64,000 nt of DNA from the NCBI GenBank assembly GCA_036498345.1, contig DASYFQ010000018.1, positions 29,842 to 93,841 on the forward strand, given 5' to 3'. Numbering within the stretch: the first letter of the stretch is position 1; every line of letters starts with the position of its first letter. Position numbers and translations under genes: made by a program. Source of the DNA: Steroidobacteraceae bacterium (GTDB lineage Bacteria > Pseudomonadota > Gammaproteobacteria > Steroidobacterales > Steroidobacteraceae). Positions 27,141 to 36,730 of the stretch are shown one piece after another. Under the pieces are notes generated by a model that ran no database searches, was not told where the DNA came from, and saw only the letters and a list, made by a program, of their open reading frames with translations.

Positions 27141-29315
27141 ATGTCCAGTATTCCTACCCTGGCTGCAGCGTCCGGCGTTACGGCAGCCCTCGCATTATTC
27201 ATGACCAGTACCACAGCGGTGGCTGACGCAACCGCCACTGCCGGCAGCATGCCGGAGATCGTGGTGACGTCCCAGCACCTGGACGAAAGCCGTTCCCATA
27301 TTCAGACCCAGACCGGCGCATCGACCTATACCATCGACTCCGCAGCTATCGCGGCGACTCCCGGCGGCGACAACACGCTGCTCAATCAGGTCATCATGCA
27401 GGCCCCCGATGTGGCACAAGATTCCTTCGGTCAATTCCACGTCCGCGGCGAGCACAACGGTCTGCAATATCGATTGAACGGCATCATTCTGCCGGAAGGC
27501 ATCAGCGTCTTCGGCCAATCCTTGGACCCTCGCCTCATTTCCTCGATGAGCGTGGTCACCGGCGCATTGCCGGCGGAGTACGGACTGCGCACGGCCGGCA
27601 TCATCGACATCACGACGAAGAACGGGCTTCAGGCTCCGGGCGGCGCGGTGTCACTGTATGGCGGCAGCCACGGTACCGTCGAACCGAGCTTCAACTACGC
27701 CGGCGGCGCGGGGCAATTCAGTTACCTGGTCACGGGAAGCTTCTTGCGCAATGATCTCGGCATCGAATCGCCGGACGGCAGTTCGAACCCGATTCACGAC
27801 CACACCACGCAATACCACGGCTTCGGCTACTTCGAGGACATCCTGGATGACGGGAACCGAGTGGCGCTCATGCTCGGCAGTTCGGTGGGCAAATTCCAGA
27901 TTCCGAATCAAAGTGGCCTGCAACCGTCACTCGGGTTGACCGTCAACGGCGTATCCGCCTATCCCAGTGAGGCTCTCAACGAAAATCAGCGCGAAGTGAC
28001 GCAGTTCGCCGCCGTGAGCTGGCAACATTCCGCCGGTGCACTCGATGTTCAGAGTTCGTTCATGGCCCGATATTCGAGCCTGACCTTCAAGCCGGACCCC
28101 TTGGGCGATCTGCTCTACACCGGCGTCGCGCAAGACGCCTACAAGCAGAACATGGCCTACGCTCTGCAAAGCGATGCGGCGTATCGGCTCGATGACAGTC
28201 ACACGGTCCGCGCCGGCGTTTTCGTCCAGTCGGATCATTCGATCAGCGATACCACGTCCCAAGTCCTGCTGACGGACGCCACTGGCGCACCCATCGGCGA
28301 TGTGCCCACGGCCATCGTCGACAATAACGCCAAGACCGAATGGATCGAGAGCCTCTATTTGCAGGACGAGTGGAAGCTCATACCCACGTTCACGATCAAT
28401 TACGGCCTGCGATTCGACCATTTCAACGCCTACACGAGCGCCCACCAGGTGAGCCCGCGAGTCAACATGGTGTGGCAGGCGCTTCCCGATACCACGGTGC
28501 ATGGCGGCTATTCGCGCTACATGTCGCCGCCGCCTTTCGAGCTGGTGGGGGGCAAGGACATCGGCTTGTTCCAGAACACCACCTCCCCGCCGAACTCACC
28601 GGTGGCGGATTCACCGTCGGCGGAAAAGGCGAACTACTACGACCTGGGTGTCCAGCAAAAAGTACTCGGCGCGCTGACCCTGGGGGTCGATACTTATTAT
28701 AAGCAATCGGTCAACCTGATCGACGAGGGCCAGTTCGGGGCGCCCATCATCCTGACACCCTTCAACTACCGCTACGGCAAGCAGTACGGCGCTGAATTCA
28801 CGGCGAACTACACGGTGGAGCACTTCAGCGCGTATTTGAACTTCTCCGCGCAAAGTGCGAAAGGCAAGGATTTCACCTCGGCGCAGTTCAATTTCGCGCC
28901 GACGGAGCTCGCCTACGTTGCCGCCAACTACATCCATTTGGACCATGAGCAGCAGCGGACCGGTTCCGGCGGCGTGTCATACCTGTGGCGCGACACACGA
29001 TTCAGCGCGGACTTCCTCGTCGGCTCGGGGTTGCGCGCGAGCCTTCCGCTGCCTCCCGGTGTAACCACTCCCTACGGCGGCACCAGCATACCGAACGGCG
29101 ATCATCTGGCCTCCTACGTGCAGGCCAATACGGGCATCTCGCACCTGTTTACCATCCCGGGCGCAGGCACTCTGACCGCACGCTTCGATGTCATCAACCT
29201 CTTCAACAAGGAATACCAGATCCGCAACGGCACCGGCGTCGGCGTCGGCGCGCCGCAGTTCGGCCCGCGCCGCGGCTTCTTCTTCGGCCTGTCGAAATCA
29301 CTTCCTCCTATCTAG
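27141..29315 (+). CDS. TonB-dependent receptor
   Basis: Signal peptide, plug region EIVVTSQHLDESRSHIQTQTGASTYTI...FHVRGEHNGLQYRLNGIILPEG, and a beta-barrel. Confidence 0.9.
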   Translation: MSSIPTLAAASGVTAALALFMTSTTAVADATATAGSMPEIVVTSQHLDESRSHIQTQTGASTYTIDSAAIAATPGGDNTLLNQVIMQAPDVAQDSFGQFHVRGEHNGLQYRLNGIILPEGISVFGQSLDPRLISSMSVVTGALPAEYGLRTAGIIDITTKNGLQAPGGAVSLYGGSHGTVEPSFNYAGGAGQFSYLVTGSFLRNDLGIESPDGSSNPIHDHTTQYHGFGYFEDILDDGNRVALMLGSSVGKFQIPNQSGLQPSLGLTVNGVSAYPSEALNENQREVTQFAAVSWQHSAGALDVQSSFMARYSSLTFKPDPLGDLLYTGVAQDAYKQNMAYALQSDAAYRLDDSHTVRAGVFVQSDHSISDTTSQVLLTDATGAPIGDVPTAIVDNNAKTEWIESLYLQDEWKLIPTFTINYGLRFDHFNAYTSAHQVSPRVNMVWQALPDTTVHGGYSRYMSPPPFELVGGKDIGLFQNTTSPPNSPVADSPSAEKANYYDLGVQQKVLGALTLGVDTYYKQSVNLIDEGQFGAPIILTPFNYRYGKQYGAEFTANYTVEHFSAYLNFSAQSAKGKDFTSAQFNFAPTELAYVAANYIHLDHEQQRTGSGGVSYLWRDTRFSADFLVGSGLRASLPLPPGVTTPYGGTSIPNGDHLASYVQANTGISHLFTIPGAGTLTARFDVINLFNKEYQIRNGTGVGVGAPQFGPRRGFFFGLSKSLPPI

Positions 29316-29339
29316 CTGAGCGCGGGTAAAATCCCCGAG

Positions 29340-29373
29340 CCGAGAGACCGACCTTGACGGGTTGGTCTCTCGG
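29340..29373 (+). terminator. stem-loop downstream of the TonB receptor gene
   Basis: CCGAGAGACCGACC-TTGACG-GGTTGGTCTCTCGG forms a 14-bp stem with one G-U pair. The U-tract is weak (TCTT). Confidence 0.5.
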
Positions 29374-29417
29374 TCTTGGCACAATCAACGACCGCATTCC
29401 GCGGAGGGATAGTCTGA

Positions 29418-31694
29418 ATGAACCGCATATTCGCAATGGTGGGCGCCGGTCTGGTTTCTGCGGGCGCCGTTTTGGTGCTGGCATCGGGTACGACGATATC
29501 GGCACCGGTATCGACGCCGGCCGCACAAGCGCAGCTCGAGCGCAATTTCGATGCGGCCATCACGGCCGATGAAATGCGCGGCTGGCTGCAGCGGATGTCG
29601 GCCGAACCCAATCATGTCGGCTCGCCGCACGACAAAGCGAATGCGGAATGGGAGCTGGGTCAATTCAAGAAATTCGGCTGGGACGCGCATATCGAGACCT
29701 TCGAGGTGCTGTATCCCACACCCATCAGCGAAACCGTCGAACTCCTCGGCGCCCAGCCCTACAAGGTCACGCTCCAGGAGCGGCCGATCCCCGGTGATTC
29801 GAGCGCGTCCGCCAAGGACCCTGCGCTGCCCGCCTACCTCGCCTATCAGGGCGATGGCGATGTCACGGCCCCGCTGGTGTACGTCAACTACGGCATGCAA
29901 GAGGACTATAAAACGCTCCAGCGAATGGGCATCAGCGTCGAGGGGAAAATCGTCGTCGCACGCTACGGCGCCGGCTGGCGCGGCCTCAAGCCCAAGCTCG
30001 CGCAGGAACACGGCGCGATCGGTTGCCTGATTTATTCCGATCCCGCCGATGACGGTTATGCCGTCGAAGCAAGCTATCCTGACGGGCCGGCGCGTCCCTC
30101 GCAGGGCATTCAGCGCGGCTCCGTGATCGACATGACGCTGTTCGGCGGCGATCCTCTGACGCCGGACGTGGGCGCAACGGCCAATGCCAAGCGTCTGAAG
30201 ATCGCAGAATCCCCGGTCATTCTCAAAATTCCAGCGCTGCCGATCTCCTATGCGGATGCGCAGGTGCTGCTCAAGACCCTGAGCGGGCCGGTCGTGCCGA
30301 AGGAATGGCGCGGCGCATTGCCGATCACCTATCGGGTCGGTCCCGGCACGGCGCGGGTTCATCTCGCGGTGAAATCCGATTGGAGCCTCAAGACCATCTA
30401 TGACGTCGTTGCCGTGATGAAGGGCTCGACGTGGCCCGATCAGTGGGTGATGCGCGGCAATCATCACGACGGCTGGGTGTTCGGCGCGGCCGATCCGCTG
30501 TCGGGTCAGGTGTCCTTGCTCGAAGAGGCCAAGGCCATCGGACAGCTGGTGAAGCAGGGTTGGAAGCCGAAGCGAACCATCGTTTATCTCAGCTGGGACG
30601 CCGAGGAGCCCGGGCTGCTCGGATCCACCGAATGGGTGGAAACCCATGCCGCCGAACTCAAACAAAAAGGCGTTCTCTACGTCAATTCTGACACCAACGG
30701 CCGCGGCTTCCTGTTTGCGGGAGGCAATCACGATCTCGAACATTTCGTGAACCTCGTCGCCGACGATGTCACCGATCCGGAGACCACGGTATCCATCGGC
30801 AAGCGTTTGCGCGCAAAGATGGAAGTGGACGGCACCAAGAAGGGCGCCACCGAGGAGGCCAAGGCGGATGCGAAAGCCGCGATCGATCCCAGCAAGGATT
30901 TTCCCCTCCAGGCACTCGGCTCCGGTTCGGATTATTCGGCCTTTCTCGAGCACCTGGGGCTGCCGACCTTGGATATCGGTTTCGAGGAGGAAGGCAGCAG
31001 CGGCGGGGTGTATCACTCGCGCTACGATACCTTCGAGCATTTCGAGCGCTTCGGTGACCCGGGCCTGGTCTACACCGCGCTGCTGGCCAAGACCGTCGGC
31101 CGCCTGGTGCTGCGCGCCGCCGACGCGGATTTGCCGGTGCAACAGGCCGGCGACTTCGCCGACACTGTTTCCGGCTACCTGGAGCAGGTGAAAAAGCTCG
31201 AAACCGACAAGCGCAACGCGGCGCTCGTGCAATCGAAGATGCTGGCTGGCAATGCCTTCCGGCTGGCGGCCGATCCGACGAAGACGAGCGCCGCGCCGAC
31301 GGCGCTGCTGCCGGTACCGCCGATCGATCTGAAACCGATGGATCTGGCCGTGACGCGGCTGTCCGCGAGCGCGAAAGCCTACGACGCGGCATGCGCGCAG
31401 AACGGCGCGCGCCTGGCGCCGGCGGCGCGCATGCGCGTCGCGAGCTTGATGCAGACGATCGATCAGACGCTGGCGCCGGCGGTGGGTTTGCCCGAGCGCA
31501 CCTGGTTCAAGAATCTCATCTATGCCCCCGGCCGCTACACCGGCTATGGGGCCAAGACGCTTCCCGGCCTGACCGAGGCCATCGAAGAGGAACGCTGGGC
31601 CGATGCAAACGCCTATGCGCGTTTCACCGCGGATGCCTTGAATGCGTATAGCGCGCGGCTCGATCAGGCGACCGCCGTTCTCAACGGTCCTTAG
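29418..31694 (+). CDS. secreted M28 family peptidase with PA and transferrin-receptor-like dimerisation domains (GCPII-like)
   Basis: Signal peptide, GNHHDGWVFGAADPLSG, and SWDAEEPGLLGSTEWVE Zn-ligand motifs. The long C-terminal helical domain is as in glutamate carboxypeptidase II homologues. Confidence 0.85.
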   Translation: MNRIFAMVGAGLVSAGAVLVLASGTTISAPVSTPAAQAQLERNFDAAITADEMRGWLQRMSAEPNHVGSPHDKANAEWELGQFKKFGWDAHIETFEVLYPTPISETVELLGAQPYKVTLQERPIPGDSSASAKDPALPAYLAYQGDGDVTAPLVYVNYGMQEDYKTLQRMGISVEGKIVVARYGAGWRGLKPKLAQEHGAIGCLIYSDPADDGYAVEASYPDGPARPSQGIQRGSVIDMTLFGGDPLTPDVGATANAKRLKIAESPVILKIPALPISYADAQVLLKTLSGPVVPKEWRGALPITYRVGPGTARVHLAVKSDWSLKTIYDVVAVMKGSTWPDQWVMRGNHHDGWVFGAADPLSGQVSLLEEAKAIGQLVKQGWKPKRTIVYLSWDAEEPGLLGSTEWVETHAAELKQKGVLYVNSDTNGRGFLFAGGNHDLEHFVNLVADDVTDPETTVSIGKRLRAKMEVDGTKKGATEEAKADAKAAIDPSKDFPLQALGSGSDYSAFLEHLGLPTLDIGFEEEGSSGGVYHSRYDTFEHFERFGDPGLVYTALLAKTVGRLVLRAADADLPVQQAGDFADTVSGYLEQVKKLETDKRNAALVQSKMLAGNAFRLAADPTKTSAAPTALLPVPPIDLKPMDLAVTRLSASAKAYDAACAQNGARLAPAARMRVASLMQTIDQTLAPAVGLPERTWFKNLIYAPGRYTGYGAKTLPGLTEAIEEERWADANAYARFTADALNAYSARLDQATAVLNGP

Positions 31695-31785
31695 GAGCGG
31701 GCGGCCGGGGAGTTCATCGTACCCTCCCCGGCCGCTGCAATCCCTGGCGGGGGCGGCTCCAATTGAGCAGCATTGCAAGCGTCAA

Positions 31786-31797
31786 ACGTTATAACGT
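31786..31797 (+). promoter_or_regulatory. perfect 12-bp palindrome ACGTTATAACGT (possible short Zur-box variant)
   Basis: Ends 75 nt upstream of the ZIP start. The ZIP gene is followed 33 nt later by zur. Contains the GTTATAAC core shared with Zur boxes. Confidence 0.3.
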
Positions 31798-31872
31798 ACC
31801 ATTGCCGGCGTTGGATCGAGTTTCGAGCGCCGAATTACCCGAATAGCCGCGTGCCTGTCACGTTGGACGAGC

Positions 31873-32574
31873 GTGCAATATCTTCAGTTCATCATCGTGG
31901 CGGGCGCCGCATTTCTGGCTAACGTCGCCGGCGGTGTATTTGCCCGGCGCGTCGCCGACCGAACGCATCTCGCCCCGGGCTTCAGCGCGGGTACGGTCAT
32001 TGCGGTCGCTTTTTTCATTTTTCTGCCCCAAGCCGTTTTGATCAGCCCCGCGGCACGCGGCGCCGGCGAATTGCTGCCTCTGGTGGGCCTCGGATTCGTG
32101 ATGGCCCTGCTGCTGGATCGATTCGGAACTGTCTGGATGGACGGCAGTGAAGCTCATCTCACGGCGCGCAAACACTACGGTCATGCCGTCCTGAACGGAG
32201 CGGCGATCGGGCTGGCGTACCACGTATCCCCGGCGTTGAGCGCTGTCGTCACGGCGGCGTTGCTGGCCCATGAATTCTCGGACAGCGCCGCTGCCGCGAG
32301 ACAGGCATCGCGCGAGCCCTACGAGAGGCGGGCGCTGCGCGACAGTGTCATCAGTTCGCTGTGCGTGGCGGCCGGCCTTGCCGCAACCTGCATTCACGGC
32401 ATGCCGGCGGGAACGGTCAGTGTCGGGTTGGCGCTGTTCGGCGGATATTTCATTTACTTGAGCGCGAGCGATCTCATCCCCGAAAGCCATCATCTGCATC
32501 CGCAGCTGTTGACCGTCGTGCTGACGTTCGGCGGAGCGGCAGCGATGTACCTCGCGAGCGTGATCGTCAAATGA
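31873..32574 (+). CDS. ZIP family metal transporter
   Basis: Polytopic membrane protein with LLAHEFSDS and ASDLIPESHH motifs typical of ZIP/ZupT. GTG start. Confidence 0.75.
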   Translation: MQYLQFIIVAGAAFLANVAGGVFARRVADRTHLAPGFSAGTVIAVAFFIFLPQAVLISPAARGAGELLPLVGLGFVMALLLDRFGTVWMDGSEAHLTARKHYGHAVLNGAAIGLAYHVSPALSAVVTAALLAHEFSDSAAAARQASREPYERRALRDSVISSLCVAAGLAATCIHGMPAGTVSVGLALFGGYFIYLSASDLIPESHHLHPQLLTVVLTFGGAAAMYLASVIVK

Positions 32575-32607
32575 GCCGCATGGTGGTTCGCTAAAGGCTC
32601 GTATAGC

Positions 32608-33123
32608 ATGTCAGTCATGAAATCAGCTGCAAGCCGCTTTGCGGACTCGCGCGGCAAGCACGATCACCAGCGCTGTGTATCCAAAGCGCTGCGCGTGGCC
32701 GATGAGGTGTGCACCGAGCGCGGCCTGAGATTGACCCCCACGCGCAAGCGCGTGCTGGAACTCATCTGGACGCGCCATGCGCCCATCGGCGCCTACGACA
32801 TCTTGGGTCAGTTGAGCAAGGAGGGCCGTCAAGACGCCCCGCCGACGGTGTACCGCGCGTTGAGCTTTCTGATGGGCGCGGGATTGATCCACCGTATCGA
32901 CACCCTGAACGCCTACTTGGGTTGCGAGACTCCGAAGCAACTGCACGCCGCGCAATTTCTCGTCTGCCGCTCCTGCCGCGCAGTGACGGAACTCGGTGAT
33001 CCGGCCATCGCCCGATTGCTGGCCCAACGGGTCAAAGCTGCGGGCTTTACCGCCGATGCACACGACTTGGAGATCAAGGGATTGTGCGACTCTTGCCGCG
33101 GCCGTACCGGGGCGGCCAGCTAG
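32608..33123 (+). CDS. zur: Fur family zinc uptake regulator
   Basis: Winged-helix LTPTRKRVLELIW...GAYDIL...VYRALSFLMGAGLIHRI plus CxxC pairs VCRSCRAV and GLCDSCRG. Sits in a zinc-uptake context. Confidence 0.8.
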   Translation: MSVMKSAASRFADSRGKHDHQRCVSKALRVADEVCTERGLRLTPTRKRVLELIWTRHAPIGAYDILGQLSKEGRQDAPPTVYRALSFLMGAGLIHRIDTLNAYLGCETPKQLHAAQFLVCRSCRAVTELGDPAIARLLAQRVKAAGFTADAHDLEIKGLCDSCRGRTGAAS

Positions 33124-33181
33124 CTCCGCTAAGGAGCCTCCCCGCTCGAATATTCAAATTGGGGCGTGCTAGTATCGGCCC

Positions 33182-33535
33182 ATGAGGCTGCAATGGTCAT
33201 CAGTCACTCGATATCGCCGGTCTTTCGTGGCTCGCATAGCCGTTGTGATGGTCGCGGCGCTGATGCTGGCGCAATGGGGCGCACTCGCCCACGCCTATTC
33301 CCACGACCAGAACGGCCAGTCTCAAGCTGAGCGGCAGTCTCACGTCAAATCATGTCCGGAATGCCCGAGCTTTGCACCCGTCCTCGCGGTCGCGGGCAGC
33401 CCGGCGCTCTTCTCAGCCATCCTGTCGACGCCGATCCATCTCAGCGATTCCAGCCTGCCCGTCGCGTTGCACGATGTTCCCATCGCGCTCGCCTTTCGCT
33501 CCCGCGCTCCGCCCCGCAGCGAACTAATCCTCTAA
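33182..33535 (+). CDS. small exported CxxC protein, DUF2946-like (tentative)
   Basis: TM anchor, His-rich HAYSHDQNGQSQAERQSH, SCPECPSFAPVLAVAGSP, and an RSRAPP tail. First gene of the ZrgA-like string. Confidence 0.5.
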   Translation: MRLQWSSVTRYRRSFVARIAVVMVAALMLAQWGALAHAYSHDQNGQSQAERQSHVKSCPECPSFAPVLAVAGSPALFSAILSTPIHLSDSSLPVALHDVPIALAFRSRAPPRSELIL

Positions 33536-33606
33536 CTAATTCCTCTCATCGAGGGATGCCAGCGTTTAGACGGTGCCGTGGGTAGCTGATTATTCGGGGT
33601 TTTTCC

Positions 33607-34161
33607 ATGTTCGGATCAAGAGGTGCAGCCGTGCCGCTGGCACTCGGGCTCATTTGCGCCGCGGGTTCACAATCGGTTGCCGATGAGTTTCGATCGCGCG
33701 GTGTCCATGAACATGGTTCGGCGACGGTCGACATTGCGGTTCAGGACGCCATTCTGGATATTGCGCTGCATTCGCCCGCGATCAACGTCATCGGGTTCGA
33801 ACACGCCCCGCGCAGCGCGGAGGAAAGGGCAGCGCTCGCCCAGGCGAATCGGGTGTTTGCCTCGCCGCAAGGGTTGTTCGTGATTCCGCCGCGAGCGGCA
33901 TGTACATCCACGAGCGTCACGCTCATCCCCATCACCTATGAGCACGACGGCGACGACGACAAGCCCAACGCGCCGCATGCCGACTACGACGTTAGCTATC
34001 GATTTCGCTGCGCGCATGCCGATCAGCTGGGTTGGATCGACGTCAGGCTGTTCGACCAGATGAAGGGCATGCGCAAGATCGTCGCCAATGTCGTCACGCC
34101 GGCGCTGCAAGCCCAGTCCTTGCTGTCGCCCGACAACACCCGCGTGCACCTGCGGCCTTGA
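33607..34161 (+). CDS. DUF2796 periplasmic metal-binding protein (ZrgA-like)
   Basis: Signal peptide, then HEHGSATVDIAVQDAILDIALHSPAINVIGFEHAPRSAEE and the acidic/His stretch YEHDGDDDKPNAPHADYD. Confidence 0.8.
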   Translation: MFGSRGAAVPLALGLICAAGSQSVADEFRSRGVHEHGSATVDIAVQDAILDIALHSPAINVIGFEHAPRSAEERAALAQANRVFASPQGLFVIPPRAACTSTSVTLIPITYEHDGDDDKPNAPHADYDVSYRFRCAHADQLGWIDVRLFDQMKGMRKIVANVVTPALQAQSLLSPDNTRVHLRP

Positions 34162-34165
34162 GCAC

Positions 34166-34870
34166 ATGACCTCCCAGGCGATCGAACTCAACGAGGTACA
34201 TTTTGCATGGCCGCGCGGCGCGACCGTGTTGGCGATCCCCCGATTCGCCGTCGCCCGGGGTGAAAGTGTGTTCCTCAAAGGCGCGAGCGGCAGCGGCAAG
34301 AGCACTCTGTTGGGCCTCATCGGCGGGGTTCTGCAGCAAGCACGCGGGTCGATCCTGATTCTCGGCACCTCGATGCGTGACCTGCGCGGTTCCCGCAAGG
34401 ATGCGTTTCGCGCAGCGCATATCGGATTCATTTTTCAGATGTTCAACCTGCTGCCCTTTCTGTCGGTTCTCGACAATGTCACGCTGCCCGCGCGGTTTTC
34501 TCGGGCGCGCGCGGCGCGTGCCGGCGATGATCTCGGCGGTGAAGCCAGGCGGCTGTTGGCGGACTTGGGCTTGAGCGATCCGCAATTGCTGGCGCGTCCG
34601 GTAACGGAGCTGAGCATCGGGCAGCAGCAGCGGGTCGCCGCGGCCCGAGCCTTGCTGGGGCGCCCGGACCTTTTGATCGCGGACGAACCCACCTCAGCCC
34701 TGGATGCCGACACGCGCCTCGCGTTTATCGACATGCTCAAGCGCGAATGCGCCAGCGCCGGCACCACGCTCTTGTTCGTCAGTCACGACACCGCGCTCGC
34801 CCGCTCATTCGACCGCACGGTCAGCATGAGCGAAATCAACCGGGCCGAGAGCCATCACCCATGGCCCTGA
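34166..34870 (+). CDS. ABC transporter ATP-binding protein (ZrgB/MacB-LolD type)
   Basis: Walker A GASGSGKST, signature LSIGQQQRVAAARA, and Walker B LLIADEPTSALD. Confidence 0.9.
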   Translation: MTSQAIELNEVHFAWPRGATVLAIPRFAVARGESVFLKGASGSGKSTLLGLIGGVLQQARGSILILGTSMRDLRGSRKDAFRAAHIGFIFQMFNLLPFLSVLDNVTLPARFSRARAARAGDDLGGEARRLLADLGLSDPQLLARPVTELSIGQQQRVAAARALLGRPDLLIADEPTSALDADTRLAFIDMLKRECASAGTTLLFVSHDTALARSFDRTVSMSEINRAESHHPWP

Positions 34871-36123
34871 TCGTGCTCGCGCTGCGCAGCCTGTGGAACC
34901 GGCGCACCACCGCGGCGTTGACCATCAGCGCCATAGCCATCAGCGTCACGCTGCTGCTCAGCGTCGAGAATCTGCGCGCCGCCGCGCGCGACGGGTTCGC
35001 CAACACGCTCTCCGGCGCCGACCTGATCGTCGGAGCGCGCAGCGGGCCCATCAATCTGTTGCTGTATTCCGTGTTTCGCATCGGCGATGCCACCGCGAAT
35101 GTCACGTGGGAGTCCTATCAGAAGATTGCCAAACATCCCGATGTCGATTGGAGCATTCCGATTTCGCTCGGCGACTCGCATCGGGGCTTTCGCGTCATGG
35201 GAACCAGCCTCGACTATTTTGCCCACTACCGCTTCGCGGGCGATCAAACGCTGAAATTCGCGCAAGGGCGTGCCTGGTCCGATCTGTACGACGCCGTCCT
35301 GGGAGCCGATGTGGCGGCCCAGCTGCACTACCGGCTGGGAGATCCCATCGTGCTGGCTCACGGCATCGGCAGCGTGAGCTTCGCGCAGCACCGGGACAAG
35401 CCGTTTCGGGTGGCGGGTATTTTACGGCGCACCGGCACTCCGGTGGATCGGACCGTCCACGTCAGTCTGCAGGCCATCACCGCCATTCACCTGGACTGGC
35501 AGAGCGGCATGCAGGCGCCTCCCGGAGCGCGCGTCTCCGCGGAGGACGCGAGGCATCGGAATCTGACCCCGGATAGCGTCACCGCATTCATTCTGGGGAT
35601 GAAATCCAAAGTCATGGTCTTCGTCATGCAGCGTGCCATCAACGAGTATCGCGAAGAGCCGTTGCTCGCGATCATTCCGGGCGTCGCGCTTCAGCAGTTG
35701 TGGAGTCTGCTGGGGGTCGCCGATCAGGCGTTGATGCTCATCGCGGCCTTTGTCGTCCTCGCCGGCTTGCTCGGCATGCTCACCTCGATCTTGACCAGCT
35801 TGAACGAGCGGCGGCGCGAGATGGCGATTCTGCGCTCGGTGGGCGCGCCGCCGCGGGACATTTTTCTGTTGCTCATCCTCGAGGCGGGCGTGCTCGCGCT
35901 GCTCGGCGTATTATTCGGCACAGCACTGGCGTATTTGCTGCTCGCGATCGCACAGCCCGTACTGATCAACCGCTTTGGTATTTTTGTGCGCGTCAGCATG
36001 CTGCGTGGTAATGACGTGGTCATCCTCGCGGCCATCGTCATCGCGGCACTCGGCATCGGAGCGATTCCGGCCTGGCGGGCATATCGGCATTCCCTCGCCG
36101 ATGGCCTGACCGTCCGGGTCTAG
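34861..36123 (+). CDS. ABC transporter permease, FtsX-like (ZrgC type)
   Basis: MALIVLALRSLWNRRTTAALTISAIAISV start, a large periplasmic loop, and C-terminal FtsX TM helices. Overlaps the ATPase gene by 10 nt. Confidence 0.85.
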   Translation: MALIVLALRSLWNRRTTAALTISAIAISVTLLLSVENLRAAARDGFANTLSGADLIVGARSGPINLLLYSVFRIGDATANVTWESYQKIAKHPDVDWSIPISLGDSHRGFRVMGTSLDYFAHYRFAGDQTLKFAQGRAWSDLYDAVLGADVAAQLHYRLGDPIVLAHGIGSVSFAQHRDKPFRVAGILRRTGTPVDRTVHVSLQAITAIHLDWQSGMQAPPGARVSAEDARHRNLTPDSVTAFILGMKSKVMVFVMQRAINEYREEPLLAIIPGVALQQLWSLLGVADQALMLIAAFVVLAGLLGMLTSILTSLNERRREMAILRSVGAPPRDIFLLLILEAGVLALLGVLFGTALAYLLLAIAQPVLINRFGIFVRVSMLRGNDVVILAAIVIAALGIGAIPAWRAYRHSLADGLTVRV

Positions 36124-36159
36124 GGAGACAACATCAAAGTAAGTTCACTCGCCGTTCCG

Positions 36160-36693
36160 TTGGCCGCCGTGTTGGGACTGTCGCTGCTGGCAGGCAGCGC
36201 CGGCGCCTCCCCGCCCCGTGCCGGCGCGCCCGCGCCCAAGGGTTTCATGTTGCCGAACAACGTGTTGCAGGTCGATTGGGATGAACTCCTGCCGCCGGGC
36301 ACAGCGGATCATGCCGACACGTCGGCGCCGCCCCCGCAGCACGATTACTTGGGCGAATCCGCTCCGGCCGCGAAACAGACTGGCTCGTCTGCGGTCAATC
36401 CGGACCTGCACGGCCTGATGTTGCGCATCCCCGGATTCATCGTTCCGCTCGACCTCGATACCGCGGGCAGAGTGCTGGAATTTTTCCTGGTGCCTTATTA
36501 CGGCGCCTGCATTCATGTACCGCCGCCGCCGCCGAATCAAATCGTCTATGTGCGGGCGTCCAAACCCTTCCTCGTCAAAGACGGCACCGACGCCTACTGG
36601 ATTACCGGACAAATGCGCATCGAGCGCAAGCACACCGACCTGGCATCCGCCTCCTACTCCCTGGCCGCGAGTAAAATTGAACCATACCCATGA
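36160..36693 (+). CDS. DUF3299 domain protein (ZrgD-like), copy 1
   Basis: RIPGFIVPLDLD...EFFLVPYYGACIHVPPPPPNQIVYV signature. The only candidate start in the open frame is TTG at 36160, so the start is uncertain. Confidence 0.75.
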   Translation: MAAVLGLSLLAGSAGASPPRAGAPAPKGFMLPNNVLQVDWDELLPPGTADHADTSAPPPQHDYLGESAPAAKQTGSSAVNPDLHGLMLRIPGFIVPLDLDTAGRVLEFFLVPYYGACIHVPPPPPNQIVYVRASKPFLVKDGTDAYWITGQMRIERKHTDLASASYSLAASKIEPYP

Positions 36694-36730
36694 ATAATCC
36701 ACATCTCCCGAGATCCGAGTCAGGTCCGTC

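Noticed and set aside
29385-31778. 797-aa ORF antisense to the M28 peptidase gene
   Set aside because: The product is Arg/Gly/Ala-rich and low in complexity, with no recognisable motifs. The opposite strand encodes a protein with clear M28/PA/TfR-like motifs. Long antisense ORFs are expected in high-GC DNA.
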